64,000 nt of DNA from a bacterium (GTDB taxonomy: Bacteria > Zhuqueibacterota > Zhuqueibacteria > Residuimicrobiales > Krinioviventaceae), in NCBI GenBank assembly GCA_963675755.2, contig CAXXMD010000002.1:1312001-1376000 (forward strand), given 5' to 3'. Position 1 is the stretch's first letter. Every line of letters begins with the position of its first letter. Position numbers and translations under genes: made by a program. Of this stretch, positions 20,777 through 30,750 are shown piece by piece. The notes under the pieces are model-generated. The model was not told the DNA's origin and did not search any database. It saw only the letters and a list, made by a program, of their open reading frames with translations.

Positions 20777-23700
20777 CTACTTTAACAAAATACATTTCTG
20801 AATTTTACTATATCCCTCTGTCACCATCCGGATGAAATAGGTTCCTGAAGAGTGATGCCCTGCCTGCCAGTTGATCGTGTATCTACCAGGAGCTTTGTGC
20901 TCATCCACCAGTGTTTCCACCAGGCTGCCGTTGACATTGTAAATGCTCACTTTTACATGTTGGGCGACTGGAACATCGAATGTAATATTCGTTGTTGGAT
21001 TAAAGGGATTGGGATAATTACCGTACAACGCAAAGCTGGTTGGTTGTTCAGACATTCCCGCAATACCGGTCGGGAATTGTACCGAAATATAATCCGTTTT
21101 TACTAAATTCGCTGACCCTCCCGGTCCCGTAACCGTCAACGCTACTGTGTAGGTATCTACTTTTGAGTATACGTGCTGTGGATTTTGATCTGTACTTGAA
21201 CTTCCGTCACCAAAATCCCATAACCACGAAGTTATAACCCCGGAAGACGTATCCGAGAATTGAACGGTTAGCGGAACAGAACCTTCTATAACATCCGCGC
21301 TAAATCCTGCCATTGGGGCTGGTTCTACAACAACAATATAATCTTTTTTTACAACTTGATCCGACCCACCGGGACCACTTACTGTCAATGATACATCAAA
21401 GGAATCAGCAGTAGTGTATTCATGCACAGGATTTTGTTCGGTACTTGTATAGCCATCGCCAAAATCCCAGCTCCACGTATCAACCATGCCTGGGGATTCG
21501 TCTGTAAACGAAACAGTCAATGGTTTATCTCCGCTTTTGATATCAGCATGAAAAGCTGCTACCGGAACTGTATATGTTACAATGACTGTGTCGGTTTTGC
21601 TGTCAACACCAACCGCATTGCTGATAGTCAGGGTAACATGATAGGTATCCGCAACTGCATAGGTATGCTCAGGATTTTGCTCGGTGCTGCTCTCGCCATC
21701 GCCAAAATCCCATGCCCAATTTTCTATAAATCCTGTGGACTGGTCCGTAAACTGCATGGTCAAGGGTTCCGATCCTGATTTGCGTTGATATTTAAAATTC
21801 GCAACTGGTGGCAATCCTTCAGGTATTTCAAACAGCACTACATATGGACATCTGTAACCTTCATCCAGGTTACCTCCCAATATCAGCTCACCGGGTGTTA
21901 CCTCCTTTTTGTAAACCGGAAAATAACTACTCGTTTCACTTAGATAAATTTTATATGACGTTAAAACAAAATCCTTTCTCAACCAACCCGGCAAATACCA
22001 TTCAGGATTAATATAGGCAATATAAACAGTGCCACTGGCCTTGATGTTCACAGCGAGTAAAGAATCAGAACTGCTATTAAATTCATTGTATGAGGTTTTT
22101 AACCAAACCAGACCTTTTAGCTCCTCAGGTATGGATTGAATAGAATACTGCCGGTCTGTGTAATAATTGTCTCCTTCTTGCAGGTATTCAAATGCATAAT
22201 TCAATGTATCATCAACCCCTATCAGGGTTATGGGTTGCTTTTCAACTACACGATAGGCATTCACATTGATTGTATCTGGTAGAAAATAGCCATCCAGGTT
22301 TTCATAAAACAATTCATGACCGGGAGGATCATCAAACCCGAACCAGAGTGAGAGTTGGCTGGCTTTTTGGGAACCTGGATTATCACTGAGTATCGTAAAC
22401 AATGTATCATTATTACAAATGCTTGTCAGATCTTCCCAGTTTTCCATGTCTACATTGTATTGATTATTAATTGCATCTCCAATGGCTGCCTGAGGTGTTG
22501 TACTTCCGGAACCTTTACCAATGCAGGATACTGGTGCCTCTTGCAGCCCCAATTTCATTTTCACGGGTTTATCAGTATCAACACCGTTAATGAGTTTAAT
22601 ATTATAAAGATAGGGTTTGTCCATGATAGAAATAAAATAACCTGCATCATCATCATTCAACATGCTTTTTAACTCGTTTTGGGAAATGGGATCAAAACCA
22701 AAATCCATGGTAGACGTATATTTCTGATCTGAAACCAGATGCCAACCATCGATATAAATACGCGTTAATCCATTCCTAAATTGTTCATGGTTCAAATAGC
22801 TGCCTAGAGATTCATCCAGTCCTATCCAGAATATGAAATTGGGTCGTGAGTGCGAAATATCATCTTCCACCAAAAGAACATACATAGAGTTTTCGCCACA
22901 CAAATGTGTAAAATCAGTCCAAATATAATATTCTTCTGTATTGAAATTATAAAGATCGACAGAACTGGGACCAATTTTTACGTAATCGTGACTATTGGAA
23001 TAAATTTTTGTAACTTTGCCAACCAAAACCGGGACATTCTGATTAAAATTCAACTTTGTTAGAGAGCCATATGAATATAGATTGGTTGGACCATTCAAAT
23101 GAATCCGATAAATATGTTTCTGAGTAAATAAATGTTTAAAATCCTCAATACCCTGTTCAGTGAGCAACTGGTCCAAACCAATCCTATCAATATCTTGATT
23201 ATTAATTGCTACAGAACTGTGCGCATCAATAATATCATATGCCTGAATGGTTATAGAAGCACCATTCTCTTCATCATAATAATAACCAACAACACTATCT
23301 CTAACTTTTATAGTCTGACACACCCATATGTCCAGCTCAATGGGTTCCTCATTTTGAGCAATTGCACTCAAAGTAACGAAAAAATAATCGTCGTTAACGT
23401 GATAAGGCTCGAGAATATTTAACCATGTATTGGTATTTGAAGCATCAAAAACAAAACCATCATTTTCACAAAATTGTATTTTGGCTGTTTTATTATCTGT
23501 GGTATTCTGGCTTTTTCCAATAACAAGTTGGTTAAAAGAACTAAGATTCAAACGAAAACGGACGATTGTATCATTATTCACAGGACCGGTTATATGAATA
23601 CGAAATGCATTATGAAACTCAAATCGATCTGAAAAAGCTTGTGCTCCATCATCCGTCAGGATTTGATCAAATTCGCTTTTCGTTAACTGCTTATATTCTA

Positions 23701-23845
23701 TTGGAATATTAAATTTAATAGATTCATCATCAACATTGTCAATATCTTGCTGCTCTTTTATTGTATCAAGGTCATTCTCTTTCCCAAAACCCAGACTTGC
23801 TCCAAAGCAAAATATAACCAGAATAAAAATCTGCCAAAACTTCAT
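20777..23845 (-). CDS. Secreted PKD-repeat protein B
   Basis: Same architecture; start at MKFWQIF. Confidence 0.85.
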   Translation of the reverse strand: MKFWQIFILVIFCFGASLGFGKENDLDTIKEQQDIDNVDDESIKFNIPIEYKQLTKSEFDQILTDDGAQAFSDRFEFHNAFRIHITGPVNNDTIVRFRLNLSSFNQLVIGKSQNTTDNKTAKIQFCENDGFVFDASNTNTWLNILEPYHVNDDYFFVTLSAIAQNEEPIELDIWVCQTIKVRDSVVGYYYDEENGASITIQAYDIIDAHSSVAINNQDIDRIGLDQLLTEQGIEDFKHLFTQKHIYRIHLNGPTNLYSYGSLTKLNFNQNVPVLVGKVTKIYSNSHDYVKIGPSSVDLYNFNTEEYYIWTDFTHLCGENSMYVLLVEDDISHSRPNFIFWIGLDESLGSYLNHEQFRNGLTRIYIDGWHLVSDQKYTSTMDFGFDPISQNELKSMLNDDDAGYFISIMDKPYLYNIKLINGVDTDKPVKMKLGLQEAPVSCIGKGSGSTTPQAAIGDAINNQYNVDMENWEDLTSICNNDTLFTILSDNPGSQKASQLSLWFGFDDPPGHELFYENLDGYFLPDTINVNAYRVVEKQPITLIGVDDTLNYAFEYLQEGDNYYTDRQYSIQSIPEELKGLVWLKTSYNEFNSSSDSLLAVNIKASGTVYIAYINPEWYLPGWLRKDFVLTSYKIYLSETSSYFPVYKKEVTPGELILGGNLDEGYRCPYVVLFEIPEGLPPVANFKYQRKSGSEPLTMQFTDQSTGFIENWAWDFGDGESSTEQNPEHTYAVADTYHVTLTISNAVGVDSKTDTVIVTYTVPVAAFHADIKSGDKPLTVSFTDESPGMVDTWSWDFGDGYTSTEQNPVHEYTTADSFDVSLTVSGPGGSDQVVKKDYIVVVEPAPMAGFSADVIEGSVPLTVQFSDTSSGVITSWLWDFGDGSSSTDQNPQHVYSKVDTYTVALTVTGPGGSANLVKTDYISVQFPTGIAGMSEQPTSFALYGNYPNPFNPTTNITFDVPVAQHVKVSIYNVNGSLVETLVDEHKAPGRYTINWQAGHHSSGTYFIRMVTEGYSKIQKCILLK

Positions 23846-23913
23846 TTCAACCCCGTTTCGATAATAAATATCAATCACTGGCCCGCTTTTATACGGACCA
23901 GATAATAATCAAA

Positions 23914-26900
23914 TTATTTCAACAAAATACATTTTTGAATTTTCGTATATCCTTCCGTCACCATCCGGATAAAGTATGTTCCTGACGACCGGTTGCCTGC
24001 CTGCCAGTTAATCGTGTACCTGCCGGAAGCTTTGTGCTCATCCACCAGCGTTTCAACCAGACTGCCGTTGATGTTATAAATGCTAACGGATACATGTTGT
24101 GCAGTAGGAACATCGAACGTGATATTCGTAGTCGGATTAAACGGATTGGGATAATTGCCGTACAGCGCAAATGTCGTCGGTTGTTCAGACAAGCCTGCAA
24201 TACCCGTAGGGAACTGGAGTTTGATATAATCGGTCTTGGACAATTTGGCTATGCCCCCCGGTCCCGTGACCTTTAGTGTTACCGTATATGTATCCACTTT
24301 GGTGTAAACATGCAACGGATGTTGTTCTGTGCTGGTATTACCGTCACCAAAATCCCAGAACCATGAGGTAATAGTACCCTTGGAACTGTCTGCAAATTGC
24401 ACTGTCAAGGGGACAGACCCTTCTGTTATATCCGCTGCAAACTGCGCGACCGGTAGCGGTTCAACCACAATGATATAGTCTTCTTTTATAATCTGGTCCG
24501 CCCCATTGGGACCAGTAACCGTCAGCTTTACATCGAATGTATCTACAGCAGTGTATTCATGCACAGGATTCTGTTCAGTACTGGTGGAACCGTCACCAAA
24601 ATCCCAGCTCCACGCATTGATAGAGCCTGATGATTCGTCTGTAAATGAAACTGTTAATGGATTTTCTCCACTTGTTGTATCTGCGCTGAACGCAGCTACC
24701 GGAGTTGCATCGGTTACGTATACCGTATCGGTTTTGCTGTCACTACCGTCTGTACTGCTGACAGTCAGAGTTACATAATAGGTGTCCGCTGCTGCAAAAG
24801 TATGCTCTGGATTTTGCTCGGTACTGCTTTCTCCATCGCTAAAGTCCCATGCCCAATTTTCTACCAATCCTGTGGACTGGTCTGTAAACTGTACGGTAAG
24901 CGGTGCCTCACCGGATTTGGGCAGATGGGTAAAATCCGCAACCGGTGGCAGTGTCTCGGGAATATCCAACAGCACAACATACTGGCATTCAGATCCATTT
25001 GCACCTTCAGCCAGGTTGCCGCCAAGTATCAATTCACCAGAGGTGACTTTTCTTTTATATAAATCCAAGTATTCTGCTTCATCGCTGATTCCAATCTGAT
25101 CTCCAGTAGCTGTATATTGGTCAGCAATCCAGTTTGGCAAAGATGCGGCACGGCTGTCATAAGCAATATAAACAGTTCCGTTGCCATTCAAACGTACTGT
25201 ACACAGGGTATCTGAGGTATTACTTTTTTGGTCATTGGGCAATTGCAGCCACAATAATCCCATCAAACTGTCAGGTACTGATGTGATATGATAGCCCCGA
25301 TCAGTGTAATAGCTGTCACATATCTGTAAAAATCCCGGTTGATACAGAACAGAATCACCTGCTGTGATCTGATGACGCACGGTATCGGTAGTAATACGAT
25401 ACGGTAAAATAATGATAGAGTCAGGATATTCGTAACCCATTAAATTCTGAAAAACAATCGAGTTACCGGGTTTTTCTTCAAACCCAAACCAGAGAGACAA
25501 TTCAGCAGCATTTACAGCATTTTGCTCATTAGTCAGAATTGTATATAATTCTGCTGAATTGCAGACATCTGTCAAATTTTCCCAACCATCAATACTCACA
25601 TTATGTTGGTTGTTTATTGCATCACCAATAGCAGATTGTGGATTTATCTGACCGTTCCCTCTACCAATAGCAGCATCCGGAGAATCTTCCAACTGCATTG
25701 CTAGTTTTACAGAATTCTCAAAATCCAGTGAACCTTTTAACACAATATTTAAAAAATTGCCTTGAGTAAATTGATCAGCAAAAGCCTCTGCCCCGTCATT
25801 TTTCAACAACTCTTGAAATTGGTTTTGCGTTATAGGATTATAACCAAAAATTTCTGTTTGTTTATCATTTTGCAGTTTGTAACCGGTTATTTCAAAAATA
25901 TCAGGATAGTTTGTATTGTCATTGTTTTTATCAAAGGTAATATACTCACCCAAAGATTTATTAAAGCTCATCCACAAAATCACACCAGTAGTATCTTGCG
26001 GATCATTAGTTGATAATTCAGTCTTGAAATACAATTCTTGAGTAAACAAATAATCAATTTCCTGCCAATTCACATCATTCATTTCAACAGCACTATCAGA
26101 ATCTGGCCCTATTTTACAAATATTACCATTGTTAGATATGGCTCGGCCAATAACAGCCAGCGGAGTCTGCTCCAGATAAGCAGTAATATATTCCACAACA
26201 GTTTCATGGCTATGCTCTTTGGGTAAACCCGCAATCTTGAGCTCGCAAACATAAGGTGCATCTAATTTTTCCAAATATTGAGATGGCAACGTATTACTCA
26301 TAAAATTATTAAAATCAGAACTCGTAATTGTTTGCTGATCTATTATTGCAGTATGATCAGTCGTATAGGCATTAATAGTAAATGAGGGCTTACAATCTCC
26401 ATAGTCTTCATAAACAATCTCGTCCCCCAAAGATGAATATGAACCAATCCAAATATCAATTCTTGCATACACATGCGTCTTGACACTTTGAAACATAGAA
26501 AAATATGTTTTTTTATATGCAAAGTACTGTGTAATGTTAAACCATTCTTCTGCATTGCGATAATTAAGAATTAAACACGAATCTGGGTTGGTGCGATAAG
26601 ACAAATTAATCCCTAAATCAATATTACCACATCCCACATCTTCTTCAGAATAAAGTTTACCAATCACCAAAGACGGTGCAGTTTCAAGTTTCCAAAGGAA
26701 ATCAGTACCTTCATTATAATCATTAGATCCAGTTAATTTTATTTTATAGACAAATGGATAATTAGGCAAGTTTGCATAATCATCCGCACCACTTTCTTTT
26801 ATCAACTCCTCAAGCTCAGCTCGAGGTATATATTCATGTTCAATAGGTATTCTTTTTTCATTCTCTTGTGCAAAACCAATATTTACAATCACACAACAAA

Positions 26901-26931
26901 AGAACAAAAAGCTCAATATCACTCGTCTCAT
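23914..26931 (-). CDS. Secreted PKD-repeat protein A
   Basis: Same architecture; start at MRRVILS after an AGGGGAG RBS. Confidence 0.85.
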   Translation of the reverse strand: MRRVILSFLFFCCVIVNIGFAQENEKRIPIEHEYIPRAELEELIKESGADDYANLPNYPFVYKIKLTGSNDYNEGTDFLWKLETAPSLVIGKLYSEEDVGCGNIDLGINLSYRTNPDSCLILNYRNAEEWFNITQYFAYKKTYFSMFQSVKTHVYARIDIWIGSYSSLGDEIVYEDYGDCKPSFTINAYTTDHTAIIDQQTITSSDFNNFMSNTLPSQYLEKLDAPYVCELKIAGLPKEHSHETVVEYITAYLEQTPLAVIGRAISNNGNICKIGPDSDSAVEMNDVNWQEIDYLFTQELYFKTELSTNDPQDTTGVILWMSFNKSLGEYITFDKNNDNTNYPDIFEITGYKLQNDKQTEIFGYNPITQNQFQELLKNDGAEAFADQFTQGNFLNIVLKGSLDFENSVKLAMQLEDSPDAAIGRGNGQINPQSAIGDAINNQHNVSIDGWENLTDVCNSAELYTILTNEQNAVNAAELSLWFGFEEKPGNSIVFQNLMGYEYPDSIIILPYRITTDTVRHQITAGDSVLYQPGFLQICDSYYTDRGYHITSVPDSLMGLLWLQLPNDQKSNTSDTLCTVRLNGNGTVYIAYDSRAASLPNWIADQYTATGDQIGISDEAEYLDLYKRKVTSGELILGGNLAEGANGSECQYVVLLDIPETLPPVADFTHLPKSGEAPLTVQFTDQSTGLVENWAWDFSDGESSTEQNPEHTFAAADTYYVTLTVSSTDGSDSKTDTVYVTDATPVAAFSADTTSGENPLTVSFTDESSGSINAWSWDFGDGSTSTEQNPVHEYTAVDTFDVKLTVTGPNGADQIIKEDYIIVVEPLPVAQFAADITEGSVPLTVQFADSSKGTITSWFWDFGDGNTSTEQHPLHVYTKVDTYTVTLKVTGPGGIAKLSKTDYIKLQFPTGIAGLSEQPTTFALYGNYPNPFNPTTNITFDVPTAQHVSVSIYNINGSLVETLVDEHKASGRYTINWQAGNRSSGTYFIRMVTEGYTKIQKCILLK

Positions 26932-27220
26932 CAGAGTCTCCCCTTTACAAATTATAATAAAATTATTAAAAAATATAAATAGTATGGCAATAAAGACAAC
27001 TGCCAAAAATTTAATGAAGAAATGAGATTGTAGTTTTTTAAGTGGGGAAATTCTTGACCCGCCCCTAAAAAGCAGGAAAAAATCTTGTTTATATAAATGA
27101 AATCATATATACTATATAATATTACTAATTTTATATTACAAAATTTTTCCAATGAATGCAAATATATTTTTCATAAATAAATCATATTTGCATCCCATGT
27201 TATTCAATGGAGGATCTGTT

Positions 27221-29314
27221 ATGGACCGCATTGTATTCTATTTGTTTCTCACCACACTATTCTTTTCAAATCTCCAGGCTCAATCATTACCTGTTGAAAA
27301 AAGTGCCTCACATGATCAAAGTAACAACATCCGTCAATACCTGAACCGTGTTGCCAGTGAAATCACCCATAACTCTCTTTCAAACATTAACAGCAGTGAA
27401 CAATGGAAGCAAATACGAGACGAAAAATACAAACAGTTCACGAGTATGATGGGCCTCATAGATGTTCCCCTCAATGGTGAACGCTCACCCCTCAAGACTG
27501 AAATTGTGGGCACCATACAAAAACAGGGATACAAGATCGTCAAACTGCATTATCAGTCCTTGCCCAATCTATACGTACCTGCCGATCTGTATATCCCTGA
27601 TGATACCAGTACTCCCCGCCCTGCAATTCTCTATGTGTGCGGACATTCACGCACGCAAAAAGTCCATTATCAGCCTCACGCACGTCGATTTGCTGAACTG
27701 GGATTTGTTTGCCTCATCATTGAAACCATTCAATGGGGTGAAATTCGGGGTGAGCATTGGGGATGTTATGCAAACGGCTTGTTCAATTGGTACAGTCTGG
27801 GCTATACTCCCGGCGGTGTAGAACTCTGGAATGCAATTCGCGGAATCGATCTTTTATGCGAACGACCTGAAGTAGACCCTGAACGATTGGGTGTAACCGG
27901 TATTTCCGGAGGTGGTTCACAATCATGGTATATTGCCGCTGCTGATCCCCGCATCAAAGCCGCTGCACCTGTCTGCGGTGCCAGCACACTGGAAGCACAG
28001 ATCCATACACGCACTATTGACGGACATTGTGACTGCATGATGCCACCCAACACGTATCTCTGGGATTTTACAGATATCGGAGCATTGTTTGCCCCCAAAC
28101 CTTTGCTAATTGGACAGGCAAACCGGGATGGTCTCAACACCATAGAGTCCGTAAGAGACATCTATTTTCGATTAAAAGATTTTTACGAATTATTTGATGC
28201 CAAAGAAAACATTAGTCTTGTTGAATCTCCCGGTGGACACTCTTATCACAAAACATCAAGACAAAAGATCTTTTCGTTTTTCCTCAAACATCTCATGAAC
28301 AAGGATGTGTATTATGCGGATATAGCAGATGTCGATGAAGATCCGGAAAAGCAACTGACTGCGGAAGAATTAAAAATCTTTATCAATGGTCCCTTTCCTG
28401 GTGACAGAACAACAACCATACAGGATTCATTTATCAAACCTGCAATTGCACCTAAAATTGCCACACTCGAAGACTTGGAAAAACATCGGGACTGGGTAAT
28501 CAATAATCTAAAGGAACAAACCTTTGGAGCTTTTCCAGAGGAAACGGTTAAACTCAATCCGCGCCTTGAATTCAGGACTTTAGATGGTGGTGAGTATGGA
28601 CGAACCGTATACAGTTTTGTATCAGAACAGGATTGGCGGCTCAAAATTGACATCCATTGGAAACATCCGCAAGACGAGCCTAATCCAATTTTAATCGTAC
28701 TACGAAATGCCAATGCCCAACGATGGGAAGCAGAAGGATTCATTGGAGAACTGGCTTATAATATGAATGTGGCATATTTAGAAGTCCGTGGTGTAGGTGA
28801 AGCCGGGTGGGCACCGGAACTGCAATGGCATATCCGCCGTGCAGCTGCCTGGACAGGACGAACAATAGCCAGTATGCAGGTATATGATCTTTTAAAAAGT
28901 ATTGAATTTTGCAAAAGCTTACAAGGTGTTGATTCTAATAAAATACAAATTGCAGCCAAAGATGATATGACAGTTACAGCATTATATGCTGCATTGTTAG
29001 ATGGTACGATTAACGCGCTGCTTTTACAAAATCCTCCTGAATCCCAAAATTCAGCATCTGCAAAAGATGGAACCGGGCCTGCTATTGAAATGCTCAACTG
29101 TCTGCGATTTACAGACATTAATCATATACCAGGACTACTTTTTCCAACGAAAATAGCATTCATGCAAGATGTTCCACAGACTTTTGTCTGGTCAGAAAAC
29201 ATCTATAAAAATTTTGGAAAAGAATCAGCATTTATGAAAATTAAAGAGGCAAAAAAATTTAAGCAGATAAAAAAAACGCCGGTTAATAATAAACCGGCGT
29301 TTTGGAGGAGCTGA
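27221..29314 (+). CDS. Secreted alpha/beta-hydrolase (acetylxylan-esterase-like) with a degenerate second domain
   Basis: ILYVCGH; nucleophile elbow GVTGISGGG; GHCDC; GGH; GGAGG RBS before ATG 27221. Confidence 0.8.
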   Translation: MDRIVFYLFLTTLFFSNLQAQSLPVEKSASHDQSNNIRQYLNRVASEITHNSLSNINSSEQWKQIRDEKYKQFTSMMGLIDVPLNGERSPLKTEIVGTIQKQGYKIVKLHYQSLPNLYVPADLYIPDDTSTPRPAILYVCGHSRTQKVHYQPHARRFAELGFVCLIIETIQWGEIRGEHWGCYANGLFNWYSLGYTPGGVELWNAIRGIDLLCERPEVDPERLGVTGISGGGSQSWYIAAADPRIKAAAPVCGASTLEAQIHTRTIDGHCDCMMPPNTYLWDFTDIGALFAPKPLLIGQANRDGLNTIESVRDIYFRLKDFYELFDAKENISLVESPGGHSYHKTSRQKIFSFFLKHLMNKDVYYADIADVDEDPEKQLTAEELKIFINGPFPGDRTTTIQDSFIKPAIAPKIATLEDLEKHRDWVINNLKEQTFGAFPEETVKLNPRLEFRTLDGGEYGRTVYSFVSEQDWRLKIDIHWKHPQDEPNPILIVLRNANAQRWEAEGFIGELAYNMNVAYLEVRGVGEAGWAPELQWHIRRAAAWTGRTIASMQVYDLLKSIEFCKSLQGVDSNKIQIAAKDDMTVTALYAALLDGTINALLLQNPPESQNSASAKDGTGPAIEMLNCLRFTDINHIPGLLFPTKIAFMQDVPQTFVWSENIYKNFGKESAFMKIKEAKKFKQIKKTPVNNKPAFWRS
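29269..29303. terminator. Bidirectional intrinsic terminator between convergent genes
   Basis: AAAAAAAACGCCGGTT-aataata-AACCGGCGTTTT. Confidence 0.75.
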
Positions 29315-29332
29315 TCACAACCTGAATGATCG

Positions 29333-30664
29333 TTAAATTTCGGGCAAGCTTATAATAAACCGTACTCCATGTTCAAGATTCTCCACAGTGAACGATCCTT
29401 TATGCTTTACAATAATTTCTTTACATATCATGAGACCAAAACGATTTTCCAAATCGGCTTCTACATTTGTCAAAGGCTGAAACAATTGTTTCAACTCGCT
29501 TTTATCAAGACCTTTAAACCGATTGCTGAATAACAACTTTACTCTACCCTGATCAGAATTATAGCAGGTTTGCAGATTAAAGTTATAAATATTGGTTTTC
29601 TCTATGAAAAAATTACAAATATTATACAATGCTAAATGCATCTGGGTTTTATCAATTTTAACATCAGGGATATCACTTTGTATCTGAACATCAAAAATAG
29701 GATTATTCTTTGCATAAATAGTATGTATAAAATCCATAAACTCTTTAACAAGATCATTTATACTACAATTGGCAAGCCGGGTCTCTATTCTGATATTATC
29801 AACCAATCCATTTGACATGCTCTGCAATTCTTTTAACAAAAATGATATATTACCCAACTTGTCTGCAACGCGATCCAGATTTGCATTTTTTTCCAAATAG
29901 CGGGTAACCAGTTCAAGACTGCTGCTGGTTTCAAGGAGAAAATTATTCAAAAGATGACCTATGCTTGCTGCAACTTTGGTTTCAGCAGCAACTTTTTCAA
30001 CATCTATTAATGCACCAGACGTATTTGAAAGACTGACAAAAGATTGCTCCTGCAATTGATAAAACATGGCATTTCGAATTGCAATAGCTGCCTGGGTTGA
30101 AAAATGCTGTACCAATTCCTGTTTAATTTTGGAATCACCAATTAATGGATTCTCGCTATCTGCATAAATTAATCCCAGGATATCATTATCAATGATTAAC
30201 GGACAACAGATAATACTCTTGGAATCCAGATGTTTATTGGGGAATAATTGTACTTTGGATACGTCATCAAAGTAATAGATGGCTTTGTGTTGATAAGTTT
30301 TTAATAATATATTTTTTACAATCTTGAAATTTTTCTTGTCCAGATTATTATGATTTGCATCACGAGCAATTTTAAATTCAAGTCGTCCCTGAGGTGTTTT
30401 TAATAATAAAAAACCTCTTTCTGCCTGAATAACAGAAATAAGAGAATCAATTACAGATTCCAGAACCTCATCAAGACTTAGGGTTGAATAGATTTGACCA
30501 AAGCTGTTAACTACGGTTGAAATATAATCCCAATGTTCCGGGGAGTGGTCCAGGGTAGGATCAAGTTGATATTTATCGTGATCTTTGAAATCCAGATTTT
30601 CTTGTTGAAAGTCAATAAAATGTTCATCATCACGAATGAGTTCTTTATTTAAGTCGTTCTTCAT
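29333..30664 (-). CDS. GAF-domain pseudo-histidine kinase (His retained, ATP-binding boxes degenerate)
   Basis: AERGFLL GAF; H-box IGHLLNN; N, G1 and G2 boxes read NICNFF, SNRFKG and ENRFGL. Confidence 0.75.
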   Translation of the reverse strand: MKNDLNKELIRDDEHFIDFQQENLDFKDHDKYQLDPTLDHSPEHWDYISTVVNSFGQIYSTLSLDEVLESVIDSLISVIQAERGFLLLKTPQGRLEFKIARDANHNNLDKKNFKIVKNILLKTYQHKAIYYFDDVSKVQLFPNKHLDSKSIICCPLIIDNDILGLIYADSENPLIGDSKIKQELVQHFSTQAAIAIRNAMFYQLQEQSFVSLSNTSGALIDVEKVAAETKVAASIGHLLNNFLLETSSSLELVTRYLEKNANLDRVADKLGNISFLLKELQSMSNGLVDNIRIETRLANCSINDLVKEFMDFIHTIYAKNNPIFDVQIQSDIPDVKIDKTQMHLALYNICNFFIEKTNIYNFNLQTCYNSDQGRVKLLFSNRFKGLDKSELKQLFQPLTNVEADLENRFGLMICKEIIVKHKGSFTVENLEHGVRFIISLPEI

Positions 30665-30710
30665 TGCCCGACATCCTCCACACCACACTATCCTGCTATA
30701 TTAGCTATAT

Positions 30711-30738
30711 AAAAAGCAAAGGGCCCGAGTAGGGCCCT
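30711..30738 (-). terminator. Terminator-like hairpin after the lipoprotein gene
   Basis: Minus strand AGGGCCC-tactc-GGGCCCT followed by TTGCTTTTT. Confidence 0.65.
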
Positions 30739-30750
30739 GTTGTATTTACA

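Larger units (their letters stand above)
14574..26931 (-). repeat. Tandem array of four ~3.1-kb gene units with conserved ~67-bp spacers
   Basis: Near-identical 3' ends; spacers 17577-17644, 20711-20776 and 23846-23913 align with each other. Confidence 0.9.

Noticed and set aside
14574-26931. Diversity-generating retroelement or invertase shufflon behind the PKD array
   Set aside because: No reverse transcriptase or recombinase in the window, differences are not adenine-specific, and all copies are full-length and co-oriented.
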